Shown: positions 17,499 through 27,137, counted from the first letter of the stretch. The stretch is 41,543 nt of DNA from Jutongia sp. (GCA_050873905.1 JBNMJP010000001.1:1-41543), one strand, 5' to 3'. A program made the numbers and translations. The notes: generated from the sequence alone by a model not told the origin.

Positions 17499-17574
17499 AG
17501 GCGGATCTCCTTTCGAAATAATCTGATTATATTTTAGCATATTTTCGTGAATAAAACGTGTCCGAAGCACATTT

Positions 17575-17581
17575 TGTCGAA
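17575..17581 (+). promoter_or_regulatory. Spo0A box (0A box) candidate
   Basis: Perfect TGTCGAA in the divergent intergenic region, about 95 bp upstream of ORF 17677. Confidence 0.5.
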
Positions 17582-17676
17582 ACAGAAATAAAAATGACAA
17601 TCAAAGCTATCTGTTCATCCGGAGGGAATACGTCTATCATAAAGGAAACATTATTTATGGAAAGGACAGGATAGTT

Positions 17677-18489
17677 ATGAAAGCACAATTGGAAAACTAT
17701 AATGTATTATTTGTTCTGATGGCGGTCTGTGCGTTATCAGTCCTTCTTAAGGCGGTTAGTTATGGACTTTTTCATAAACTGCTTTGGGATTCCAATCAGA
17801 TGGGAACCACAGGAAACCGCTGGATGAAGGCGATGATGTCAAAATTTGAGGCTTATTATAAGCTGCATATCAGTGTACATAATGTGGAAAATTTTGTGGA
17901 TCGGTATCTCTATCATTATCGTTTTATGGGAATTTCCCTGCAGACATGGGAGAATCTGGGATTTTATTTTTCCGGACTGATCGCAGCGGGGGCCGGAATC
18001 AGCTGTTTTCTGGCAGGATATTATGGAATGCCGCCGGAATGGTTCTGGGTTACGGGTCTTGTAACTCTGCTGCTGCTTTGTGTGCAGGGAGCATCGGAAG
18101 TGTTTTTTGACACTCATAAGTGTCTGAAGGTATTTCGGATCCAGCTCATCGATTATATGGAAAATACTATGCGTGCCCGTCTGGAAAACGAGTATTTTCA
18201 TCAGGAGGCGACAGAAAAATACCGGATGGAATATTTTAAACCGGAAGAAATGACTGCTGCAGAAATGGAAACAGCGGCGACAGAGACAGCTGCTGATGCG
18301 GGGAAAGTCTCTGACGATATCAGGTCATCGGGGCTGCCCGCATTGACGGAGATCAAGGAACTGCTGGAATCCTTCCGGGAGGAAATGCAGCTTGACCGTG
18401 ATATTGCCGGACGACAGAATATGCTGTCCGAGCAGGCGGCTGCGGAAAAGGCAAAGCTTTTTGAAGAGATATTAGAAGAATATATGTGA
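17677..18489 (+). CDS. Hypothetical membrane protein (about 3 TM helices plus acidic C-terminal tail)
   Basis: Hydrophobic segments at aa ~9-32, ~95-117 and ~123-140. The stop overlaps the next start (GTGA). Confidence 0.8.
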   Translation: MKAQLENYNVLFVLMAVCALSVLLKAVSYGLFHKLLWDSNQMGTTGNRWMKAMMSKFEAYYKLHISVHNVENFVDRYLYHYRFMGISLQTWENLGFYFSGLIAAGAGISCFLAGYYGMPPEWFWVTGLVTLLLLCVQGASEVFFDTHKCLKVFRIQLIDYMENTMRARLENEYFHQEATEKYRMEYFKPEEMTAAEMETAATETAADAGKVSDDIRSSGLPALTEIKELLESFREEMQLDRDIAGRQNMLSEQAAAEKAKLFEEILEEYM

Positions 18490-19391
18490 TGGCAATCAAT
18501 AATATGAATGAAATGAGGATGGTTATGGAAAAAGGATATATGATATCAGATGCGTCAAAAATGCTGGAAGTGGAGAATCATGTGCTTCGATACTGGGAGG
18601 AGGAGCTGGAACTTCCGATTCCGAGAAATGAACTGGGGCACCGGTATTACAGAGAGTCGGAAATTAAATTGCTGCGGTCGGTCAAGGATCTGAAGGAGCA
18701 GGGGTTTCAGTTAAAGGCGATCAAGAAGCTGCTGCCGGATCTGGAACGGGTAGAACATATGGATCCAAAGATTCTTTATCAGCTTCGGGAGGACTTAAAT
18801 AATCAGGTGATGCGGGAAGCCATGGAACACAATAAGGGATCTGTGACTTCTATTGAGCATGCCAGAGACCGGTATGAAAAGCGTCAGAAAACCTGGCAGG
18901 AAAAAAGCTATGAACTGGAACAGAGCAAGGAAAGAGGGAGTGGCGTGCAGACACAATACGGACAGACGCAGGCTGCTTCCCTGGAACGACTCCGGCAGTT
19001 TGAGGCAATGATGCGTCAGATGATCAGGTCATCCGTGGAGGAGATAAGCCAGGAATCGGAACAGCGCATTTGTGAGGAGGTGACGGTACGTCTGCAGAAG
19101 GAAATGAATTATCTGCTGATGCAGAAAGAGGAACTGCAGGAACGTCAGCTTCATCTGTTAAAGGAGATATTACAACAGGTGAAGGGAGAAAATGGGGCAG
19201 CAGAGACTGCAGCGGAAAAAGGAAATTCTGCCCATGTTCCTCCCATCGGAGATGCCACAGAAGCAGCCAGAGAAGTGGCTGTGTCACAGGAAGAACCGGG
19301 AGAGATTACTGAATTTGGACGGAAAAACCGCAGAAAGGCCCGCAAAAAGCCGAAGCACAAAAAATTATTTGCGAAGTCCGTAACACAGTGA
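18486..19391 (+). CDS. MerR-type HTH, coiled-coil protein, RacA-like
   Basis: ISDASKMLEVENHVLRYWEEELELPIPRNELGHRYY HTH, long coiled coil and basic C-terminus KARKKPKHKKLF. The start may be a downstream ATG (~18525). Confidence 0.8.
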   Translation: MMAINNMNEMRMVMEKGYMISDASKMLEVENHVLRYWEEELELPIPRNELGHRYYRESEIKLLRSVKDLKEQGFQLKAIKKLLPDLERVEHMDPKILYQLREDLNNQVMREAMEHNKGSVTSIEHARDRYEKRQKTWQEKSYELEQSKERGSGVQTQYGQTQAASLERLRQFEAMMRQMIRSSVEEISQESEQRICEEVTVRLQKEMNYLLMQKEELQERQLHLLKEILQQVKGENGAAETAAEKGNSAHVPPIGDATEAAREVAVSQEEPGEITEFGRKNRRKARKKPKHKKLFAKSVTQ

Positions 19392-19434
19392 TATAATTAG
19401 CCTCAGAGATTTGATTAAGAAGGGTGATAAAGAA

Positions 19435-20001
19435 ATGGGCAATTTTACGTTTGAAAAATGCGGTGAGATCGAGGGTCTTTACCTGATCCAGCCTAAGGTA
19501 TTTGGAGATAACCGTGGATATTTTATGGAAACATACAATTACAATGCATTTAAAGAGGCAGGACTGGATATGGTTTTTGTACAGGATAATCAGTCCAGCT
19601 CTACAAAGGGTGTGCTTCGAGGGCTTCATTACCAGAAGAATCATACACAGGGCAAGCTGGTACGCGTACTCAGTGGAGAGGTGTTTGATGTGGCAGTGGA
19701 TATCCGCCGCGGTTCCAAGACATATGGCAAATGGTTTGGTGTTACGCTGACTGCAGAGAAGAAAAACATGTTCTATATCCCGGAGGGATTTGCACATGGC
19801 TTTTATGTACTTTCGGATACCGCAGAGTTTGCTTACAAGTGTACCGATTTTTATGATCCGTCATCTGAGGCAGGGATTATGTGGAATGATGAAACCATCG
19901 GTGTTGAGTGGCCGATTCCGGAAGGGGTTGTTCCGAACATCTCAGAGAAGGATGGAAAGCATCCGGCATTTTCAGAGGATATTGCATTGGATTACGAATA
20001 A
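19435..20001 (+). CDS. rfbC: dTDP-4-dehydrorhamnose 3,5-epimerase
   Basis: FGDNRGYFME, FVQDNQS, LRGLHYQ, DVAVDIR and PEGFAHGF. Confidence 0.95.
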   Translation: MGNFTFEKCGEIEGLYLIQPKVFGDNRGYFMETYNYNAFKEAGLDMVFVQDNQSSSTKGVLRGLHYQKNHTQGKLVRVLSGEVFDVAVDIRRGSKTYGKWFGVTLTAEKKNMFYIPEGFAHGFYVLSDTAEFAYKCTDFYDPSSEAGIMWNDETIGVEWPIPEGVVPNISEKDGKHPAFSEDIALDYE

Positions 20002-20016
20002 ACAGGAAAGAGACAG

Positions 20017-20049
20017 AGTCTCCGGCATGTTATGTGCCGGAGATTTTTT
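20017..20049 (+). terminator. Intrinsic terminator after rfbC
   Basis: AGTCTCCGGCAT/GTGCCGGAGATT stem followed by a T run. Confidence 0.75.
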
Positions 20050-20095
20050 CTTTTGGGAAAAGTTTTTTTACTTTCTACTTATCTGTGCATGGCAC

Positions 20096-20125
20096 TTGAA
20101 ATGCCCCCTTGCGAAATGGTATAAT
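20096..20125 (+). promoter_or_regulatory. Putative sigma-A promoter of the four-gene operon
   Basis: TTGAAA-18 bp-TATAAT with TGn extension. Confidence 0.6.
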
Positions 20126-20169
20126 TCTATTAATTATGCTTGGATTGTAAGCTGGATATGGGGGGCACC

Positions 20170-23100
20170 ATGAAAGAGAAGATCGATCAGTACGCAAAAG
20201 GAGTATTCGAATATCATATGCCGGAGGTGGTTCTGGGTCCATCTGAGCTTTCTGTGACCGTGGATGCCGGAGAGATCGCGCAGGGAAGTTTCCGAATCTC
20301 TAACAGCAAGGGACGCAGCATGCGGGGAATCGTGTGCACAGACTGCAGCGGCATGATCCTGGAAAAAGAGAGCTTTTCCGGATCAGAGAACGAAATTTCC
20401 TTTGCTTTTCGTGGAACCTATTGTCAGCCGGGGGATATCATTAAGGGAGTGTTTCAGATTCTTTCCGACTGTGGTGTGGCAGTCCTGCCGTTTACGGTTG
20501 CGGTCACGGTGCCGTATTGCGAGACCTCTGCGGGAAGGATCCGTGACCTGAACCAGTTTACAGAGCTTGTAAAAAGTCATTATATGGAGGCGCTGCGGAT
20601 TTTTCAAAGTCCGGCATTTGAACGGATCTTTCTTCAGGAAAAGGAAGTCTATCTGGAGCGTTATCGGGGGCTTTTGAAGGGCAATGATAAGAGTATGGCA
20701 TTGGAGGAGTTTCTGATCGCCGCACACAAAAAGACTCCGGTACAACTTTCTGTAGAAAAGCGGGAACTGCAATATCCGAAATGTGAGAATATATTTGCAG
20801 ACAAGATCATACTTCACAAGGACACCTGGGGGTACGGAGAATACGAAGTGAAGTCGGACGCTCCATTTGTACGCTTTGAACGTTCGTGCATCAGAACCAC
20901 AGATTTTACCGGAGATACTTATGAACTTGTTTTGGTGATCAATCCGGATTGTATGGCGATCGGTCATAATTTTGCACGGATCACGATCAGCAGCGCGAGA
21001 CAGCAGCTGGAGCTTAAAGTGATCGCCAGAAGATATTGCATGTCTGATGAGGAGCGCCGCCGGAAAATACAGCAGCAGAAGGATGTCTGGAATTTATACC
21101 GGAGCTTTGTGTATTATCAGGCAGGAAAAGTGTCCCGGAAGGACTTTATTGCGTCCGCAGAAAAAAGCATAAACAGTCTGGATCAGCCGGAACAGTCAGG
21201 AAGCAGATATCAATGGCTGGTGCGGGTGTTCCGGATCTATCTGGCATTGCAGACCCGGAAGGAGGAAGCGTTTCATCTGGAAATGACACAGTTAGAGGAA
21301 AGGCTGTTAGAGATACAGGAGCGGGAGCCTTTGCTATATTGTGCTTACTATTATCTGATGCATCTCTGGAAGCCGGAGGCAGCAGAACGGGCCGGAGCAT
21401 TATCTAAGATCCGGGAATGCTATCAGAACGGTCACAGTCACTGGCTGATCCTGTGGTTTTTGCTGCAGATGGATGACAGCTATCAGATCTCTGTCAAGCG
21501 GCAGGAGGCAATATTGGAACATATCGAGGCAGGCTGTCACAGTCCGCTTTTATATCTGGAGCTTTGCCGGTTATACAATAGCACACCGGAGCTGGTGCTG
21601 GAGCTTACGGAAGCAAAAGCGCAGGCACTTCACTGGGGACTTTCCCACCGGATTCTGGAGGAAGAACTGCAGTTTCGCTATGCTTATCTGATCAGCAGGA
21701 CCAGAGATTTTACCGGTGTTATGATGGGGGATATGTACCGGATGTACGAGGAGCGTCCCTCCGATGATCTGCTCACCATGATCTGTCAGCTTTTAATGCG
21801 GGAACGGCGAGTTTTGCCGGAGAATGTAAAGTGGTACCGGCTTGGTATTGAACATAATTTAAAGATTACAGACCTTTATGAAAATTATATATATGCATTG
21901 GAAGAAACTCCCGACATGGTACTTCCAGATAGAGTGTTACTATATTTTTCATACAATAATCAGTTGAATGCAACAAAAAAAGCGATGCTTTATGCCTATG
22001 TGATCCGCCATAAGGACCGGGATCAGACCATGTATGACAGTTATAAAGCATCCATGGAGAAGTTTGCACTGGAGCAGTTAGAGCAGGGGCGGATCAATGA
22101 TAATCTGTCAGTGATCTATGAGGAGTTTATCCGGGAGGATATGATCAATGAGCAGCTGGCATCTGCTCTGCCGTCGATCCTTTTTGCCAGAGAGATCCGG
22201 TGCGAGGATCCCAGGATCGCCGGTGTAGTTGTGCGCCACCGGGAGCTGCAGCAGGAGGAAAACGCAGCATTTGTCCATGGCAGAGCGATGATATCTGTTT
22301 TTACACCGGAACCGCAGATTTTTCTCACGGACCGGGAGGGGCGCAGATATGCTTCCTCGATTGGTTACACCGTGCACCGGATGGTACATCTGGATCACCT
22401 GGCAGAAAAGTGTCTGCCGTTTGTGGGAGACAATGTCCGTGTGCTTTTGTATCTGTATCAGAGGGCGGTACAGGAGAACCGTTCCGGAGAGGATATCTCA
22501 CAGCTTCGCCGGCGGGTGCTTGGGATTGCCGGATTGGATCTTCATTTTCGAAAATCGCTGTTTGCCATACAAATGCAATATTATTTTGATAATTTCCAAG
22601 GGGAACTTCTTGACGCAGAGCTGGAGCATATGGATTGGGAAAATATCCTGCCGCGGGACCGAGAACGATTTATGGAATATTGTGCAGTACGCCATAAATA
22701 TGAAAAAGGAATGGAGGGACTTCTGCTCTTTGGATGGAACGGAGCAGATCCCAAAAAACTCCTGAAGATCGCGGGACATGCTTTTGTGGCAGCAGAAGAA
22801 GATAAGACACTGACGAAGCTGGCATGGTATATTTTTGAGGGCGGAGAGTTCGACAAGCCGTTGCTGGTATATTTGTGTGATCATTATTCCGGAACGATTC
22901 CGGAGATGGTCAAATTATGGAATGCATGCCGGGAGTTTGGGATTGACATACAGATTCTGTCAGAGCGGCTGTTAGCGCAGATCCTGTTTACGGACCAGAT
23001 GATCCCGGAGGCCTATCCGGTGTTCTTCTATTATGAGGAGAATGGTTTTAATAAAAAACTGATCCGGGCTTTTCTGAAGAGGATGGCATATGGTTATCTG

Positions 23101-23757
23101 GTCCACGGGGACAAGCTGCCGGATGAACTCTTTGAATCCTTTTATCAGCATGTTCAGGTGGAGGAGAACCGCCCGTGTCTGCTGGCAGTTTTAAAATATT
23201 TGTCGGGAAGAGGCATGCTGACGGGAGGCGAAGCAGTATTTGTGGATTACAATCTGCATCAGCTGTATGAAAAGGATATTGTTCTTCCGTATTTCCAGAA
23301 TTTTAAGGATAAGCTGTCTTTGCCGGATACGCTCCTTAAGGAGCAGTATGCGGAATATACCGCCGATCCCGGACATGATGTTAAAATTCGATACACCTAT
23401 GTTGTAGGGGATCAAAGACAGGCTTCGGTGACAGAGACAATGCGAAATGTGTTTGAGGGAATCCGGGTCAGAGGTTTCATTCTGTTTCAGGATGAAACCG
23501 TAGAGTATGAAATCATAGAAACGGATGAGGAAGGCTGCGAGAAAAAAACACCGACGGCCCGTCTGGTCTACACGGATCAGATGAAAGGAATGGAAGGAGC
23601 CAGTGGCTATCAGATGTTGAACAGAATGTTGATGAAGCAGCAGGGCAGCGAGGATGCATTGCTGGATCAGATGCAGGAGTACGCAGAAAAAAGAGCGATC
23701 GTTAATTTTTTGATGAAACCGGATGATGGAGGCATAGGAAAAAATGACCGAGGATAG
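20170..23757 (+). CDS. Large uncharacterised protein, DUF5717-like
   Basis: About 1195-aa ORF from ATG 20170. It has a beta-rich Ig-like N-terminus and a helical-repeat middle. The family name is recalled from similar Lachnospiraceae proteins and was not searched. Confidence 0.7.
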   Translation: MKEKIDQYAKGVFEYHMPEVVLGPSELSVTVDAGEIAQGSFRISNSKGRSMRGIVCTDCSGMILEKESFSGSENEISFAFRGTYCQPGDIIKGVFQILSDCGVAVLPFTVAVTVPYCETSAGRIRDLNQFTELVKSHYMEALRIFQSPAFERIFLQEKEVYLERYRGLLKGNDKSMALEEFLIAAHKKTPVQLSVEKRELQYPKCENIFADKIILHKDTWGYGEYEVKSDAPFVRFERSCIRTTDFTGDTYELVLVINPDCMAIGHNFARITISSARQQLELKVIARRYCMSDEERRRKIQQQKDVWNLYRSFVYYQAGKVSRKDFIASAEKSINSLDQPEQSGSRYQWLVRVFRIYLALQTRKEEAFHLEMTQLEERLLEIQEREPLLYCAYYYLMHLWKPEAAERAGALSKIRECYQNGHSHWLILWFLLQMDDSYQISVKRQEAILEHIEAGCHSPLLYLELCRLYNSTPELVLELTEAKAQALHWGLSHRILEEELQFRYAYLISRTRDFTGVMMGDMYRMYEERPSDDLLTMICQLLMRERRVLPENVKWYRLGIEHNLKITDLYENYIYALEETPDMVLPDRVLLYFSYNNQLNATKKAMLYAYVIRHKDRDQTMYDSYKASMEKFALEQLEQGRINDNLSVIYEEFIREDMINEQLASALPSILFAREIRCEDPRIAGVVVRHRELQQEENAAFVHGRAMISVFTPEPQIFLTDREGRRYASSIGYTVHRMVHLDHLAEKCLPFVGDNVRVLLYLYQRAVQENRSGEDISQLRRRVLGIAGLDLHFRKSLFAIQMQYYFDNFQGELLDAELEHMDWENILPRDRERFMEYCAVRHKYEKGMEGLLLFGWNGADPKKLLKIAGHAFVAAEEDKTLTKLAWYIFEGGEFDKPLLVYLCDHYSGTIPEMVKLWNACREFGIDIQILSERLLAQILFTDQMIPEAYPVFFYYEENGFNKKLIRAFLKRMAYGYLVHGDKLPDELFESFYQHVQVEENRPCLLAVLKYLSGRGMLTGGEAVFVDYNLHQLYEKDIVLPYFQNFKDKLSLPDTLLKEQYAEYTADPGHDVKIRYTYVVGDQRQASVTETMRNVFEGIRVRGFILFQDETVEYEIIETDEEGCEKKTPTARLVYTDQMKGMEGASGYQMLNRMLMKQQGSEDALLDQMQEYAEKRAIVNFLMKPDDGGIGKNDRG

Positions 23758-25012
23758 AAAAGTGCTGGTGGGAGTTGATCTGTGTGATGATACGACGCAG
23801 ATCTCCTGCTATCGCCGGGATATGGATAAAGTGATTCCGGTGGGGCGGCTGGTGGGCAGAGAAAGAGAATATGAATGTCCGACCGTCTTGTCTTATCAGC
23901 CGGTCAAAAAAGAGTGGCTGTTTGGCACGGAAGCACTCCTGGCGGCAGAACGGGAAGATGTGTACCTGTTTCGGGACATACTAAAACAGATATCCCGGCA
24001 CAATAAGGTGATCTCCGGTGATATGGAGTTGGAACCGGTGGATACGCTGGTACGTTATTTTGTTAAAGTGCTGAGTTGCCTGAAAGAATATTTTCCAAGC
24101 GAAACGATCAAGAAGCTGGTTATATCTGTGTCCGAAAAAACGGACAATCTGGTGGAGGCGATCAAGGGGGCATTGAATCAGATCGGCATTGGAGAAGACC
24201 GTTTTGTAATACAGCTTCACCAGCAGAGTTATATGTATTATGCTCTGAGTCAGAAGAAGGAATTGTGGCTTGGCGATGTGGCATTATTTGAATTTGGGCG
24301 GGATGGATTGTTTTATTCCCAGATTCATATTGACCGGAGAAATATTCCGTATATCGTCGGTGTCAAGCGGATGGATCTGAGCCAGAGCCTCAACTGGGAT
24401 ATGATGGAGCACGACAGCAGCTTCAAGATGGAATATGCTTTTGTGAACCTTGCCAATACGCAGATGCATAAGCAGATGATTTCGACGATTTATGTAACGG
24501 GAGAAGGCTTTCAGGGGGAATGGGCCAACACGGCATTAAGCCAGTTGTGTAACGGCAGACGAGTTTTCAGGGGAGGCAACCTGTTTACCAAGGGGGCATG
24601 TATTGCGGCCAGAGAACTTGCCGGGGAAGGTGTTATGGGGGATTTTCTGTTCCTGGATCAGGAAATGCTGCATACCAGTATCTCGCTGCGGGTATACAGT
24701 GATGCCAGAATGCAGGAGGTGCTTCTGGTGAAAGCGGGTGTACCATGGAAGGATGTGGATGTCAGTGTTGATTTTATTCCGGACGGTGAGGAGGAACTGC
24801 AGCTTACGACACAGAATGTGCTGCGGAGAGAAACGACGGTACATCTTTTGTCTCTGGAGGGCTTTGAAGAGAGACCCAATAAAATGACACGTTTTACTCT
24901 GCGTCTTCGGTTTGCGGATGCGTCTCATTGTATTGTGACGTTAAAGGATGATGGTTTTGGAGAGTTTTACCCTTCCAGCAACCGGATCTGGGAACGTTAT
25001 CTCAGCTTATAA
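23744..25012 (+). CDS. Uncharacterised Hsp70/actin-fold-like protein (DUF5716-type annotation)
   Basis: VLVGVDLCDDTTQIS, CPTVLSY..WLFG, VALFEFG and IYVTGEGF correspond to degenerate Hsp70/actin NBD motifs. It overlaps the previous gene. Confidence 0.7.
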   Translation: MTEDRKVLVGVDLCDDTTQISCYRRDMDKVIPVGRLVGREREYECPTVLSYQPVKKEWLFGTEALLAAEREDVYLFRDILKQISRHNKVISGDMELEPVDTLVRYFVKVLSCLKEYFPSETIKKLVISVSEKTDNLVEAIKGALNQIGIGEDRFVIQLHQQSYMYYALSQKKELWLGDVALFEFGRDGLFYSQIHIDRRNIPYIVGVKRMDLSQSLNWDMMEHDSSFKMEYAFVNLANTQMHKQMISTIYVTGEGFQGEWANTALSQLCNGRRVFRGGNLFTKGACIAARELAGEGVMGDFLFLDQEMLHTSISLRVYSDARMQEVLLVKAGVPWKDVDVSVDFIPDGEEELQLTTQNVLRRETTVHLLSLEGFEERPNKMTRFTLRLRFADASHCIVTLKDDGFGEFYPSSNRIWERYLSL

Positions 25013-25033
25013 ATTGCAGATTGGAGGAATTGG

Positions 25034-25870
25034 ATGGGAAAATTAATATTATGCAGCAGTGCCATTGCGAAGCAGCCGTATTGTTTTCCGATGACGAAGA
25101 CAAAAGTATGTTCCATCGAGGAAGTCTGCTACTACATTAGAAATAACATCTATATGATGCAGGAGGAAGTGTTTGATAAAGCGTTTGCAGACTGGATCCG
25201 TAATGAACTCGGTATGGCGGAGACAGCAGATAAACTGGACCGGATGAGAGAGGATCATAATAATCTTAAAGATATTGTGGTGACTCTGTGTTGTAGTTGT
25301 GATTATTATACGGAGAGAGAGATCAATGATCTGATCGCCATTATGGATCAGACGCACAATGTGCCATTGCGGGGAAGGCAAAAGATCAAAGCGGACACCT
25401 ACCTGAAAAACGGTAGTCTGGAGAGTGCGAAGCAGGAGTATGAACGGATCTTAAAGAATCCGGATATGATCAATGCATCGTCGGAGGAGTATGGGGATCT
25501 ATATTACCGGCTTGGAGCAGCTTTTGCCGGTATGGGAGAATACCGGCATGGATTTCAGGCATTTCAGAAGGCATATGAATATGACAAAACACAGAAGGCA
25601 TTGGAATCCTGTCTGTATTGTCTGAAGCTGGGAGATATGCCGGACGAATATGAAAAGGCTGCGGCGGAAATGGGTGTGACCAGGGAGCAGCAGACTTTTA
25701 TGGATGCCCAGTATGAGGAGGCGCTGCGGCAGAGTGTGGACAGCAGGGAATGTAAAATGGTCCGGCGTATCCGCAGGATGAAGGAGCAGGGGGACCCAGC
25801 TTATGAAAAGGCAGTGAAGGAGCTAATCTTCCAGTGGAAGACAGAATACCGCAAAAGCATGCTTCCATAA
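25034..25870 (+). CDS. Hypothetical TPR-containing protein
   Basis: GGAGG RBS; TPR-like KADTYLKNGSLESAKQEY and YYRLGAAFAGMGEYRHGFQAFQKAYE. Confidence 0.78.
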   Translation: MGKLILCSSAIAKQPYCFPMTKTKVCSIEEVCYYIRNNIYMMQEEVFDKAFADWIRNELGMAETADKLDRMREDHNNLKDIVVTLCCSCDYYTEREINDLIAIMDQTHNVPLRGRQKIKADTYLKNGSLESAKQEYERILKNPDMINASSEEYGDLYYRLGAAFAGMGEYRHGFQAFQKAYEYDKTQKALESCLYCLKLGDMPDEYEKAAAEMGVTREQQTFMDAQYEEALRQSVDSRECKMVRRIRRMKEQGDPAYEKAVKELIFQWKTEYRKSMLP

Positions 25871-25904
25871 ATAGAAAATCCCATAAAAGAAAGGGGCAGC
25901 ACAG

Positions 25905-27137
25905 ATGGCTTTTTGGAACCGGATCAGAGAACGAAAGAAAAAACAAAAACAGCAGAAAACGGCGAAGGAGTTCTCAGTGGATGAGAAAAATTTTCCGGAG
26001 GATGCAGAGGGACAAGCCGAAACAGAAGAGGAGCCGGCCAGATTGTCTCAGGAGGAGCTGGCGGCTGAGCATATCATTCCCAAGGGAAAGGCAGAACAGA
26101 AACGGTATATCCATGACTGCTGTGAGTCTGTGAAGGACTGTGAGAAACAGATCAGCATTGCAAAGACGGAATATACCCAGGTTACGGAATATCTGACGGA
26201 TATCCAGAAGATTGACCGGATCGCCGGGGAGGACAGAGAGTCTCTTCTGGAGCTTTGCAAAAGGATCCAGAGACTTCTGCAGGAGCGCAATCAATATAAA
26301 AACAGAACTCTTACGATCACGGAGCGTCAGATGCGCCGGTTCGACCGGTATCAGGATGATCTGATCGACGAGATCAAAAAAATGTATCAGAATGAAATGT
26401 ATCAGAAGGCGATCGACAGTGATATCCGTCATCTGGAGGCAGAAAAGGCATATATCCGGGAGAGCCGGAGAGAGATCATGGAACGGCAGGATTTTCTGAA
26501 AAAGCTTGCCCAAGGTATTTCTGTGCTGATCGGATCTCTGATCGTTCTTTTCATTATACTGTACTTTAATCTGGACAGTAATATGACCTATCCGTATATT
26601 GGGACATTGGCTCTGGCTGCTGTCGCTGCGGTTGTGATCTTTACGGAGTCCAACAAAAACAGATATGAGATCGCTGTTTCTGACAAAAAGTACAACAAAG
26701 CTGTGGAGCTTTTGAACCGGACAAAGATCAAATATGTCAACAACGTCAGTGTGTTGGACTATAATCGGGAAAAATTCGGCGTCAGGAATGCCGCGGATTT
26801 TGAAAATCTCTGGGGAGAATACTGCAAGACCAAGGAATACGAGCGGCGATTCCGGGACAATACCGAACAGCTCAGCAAAAGCAATGATTCCCTGCAGCGT
26901 CTTCTGGACAGTTATGGTGTGAATGATACGGAGGTATGGCTGGTACAGACCTATGCGATCTTAGATGACCGGGAGATGGTAGAGATCCGTCACGATCTCA
27001 ACCAGAGACGCCAGAAGCTCCGGGAGCAGATCAAGTATAATACAGACACCAAAGAGGATTACGAGCAGCATATCCGCAAGGTTGTAGAGGAAAGTGAATT
27101 TGGTCAGGAAATCCTGAAAGAAGTGCTTGACAAATAA
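25905..27137 (+). CDS. Hypothetical coiled-coil protein with a central transmembrane hairpin
   Basis: Two hydrophobic helices (ISVLIGSLIVLFIILYF; YIGTLALAAVAAVVIF) flanked by long heptad-rich regions. Confidence 0.78.
   Translation: MAFWNRIRERKKKQKQQKTAKEFSVDEKNFPEDAEGQAETEEEPARLSQEELAAEHIIPKGKAEQKRYIHDCCESVKDCEKQISIAKTEYTQVTEYLTDIQKIDRIAGEDRESLLELCKRIQRLLQERNQYKNRTLTITERQMRRFDRYQDDLIDEIKKMYQNEMYQKAIDSDIRHLEAEKAYIRESRREIMERQDFLKKLAQGISVLIGSLIVLFIILYFNLDSNMTYPYIGTLALAAVAAVVIFTESNKNRYEIAVSDKKYNKAVELLNRTKIKYVNNVSVLDYNREKFGVRNAADFENLWGEYCKTKEYERRFRDNTEQLSKSNDSLQRLLDSYGVNDTEVWLVQTYAILDDREMVEIRHDLNQRRQKLREQIKYNTDTKEDYEQHIRKVVEESEFGQEILKEVLDK

Noticed and set aside
23744-25012. Wadjet (JetA) interpretation suggested by the DUF5716 name
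   Set aside because: No SMC-like JetC with Walker A or Toprim JetD nearby, and the sequence shows Hsp70/actin-like motifs instead.
1150-25012. Functional link between the J-domain protein and the Hsp70-like protein
   Set aside because: They are over 20 kb apart in unrelated contexts, with no sequence evidence of coupling.
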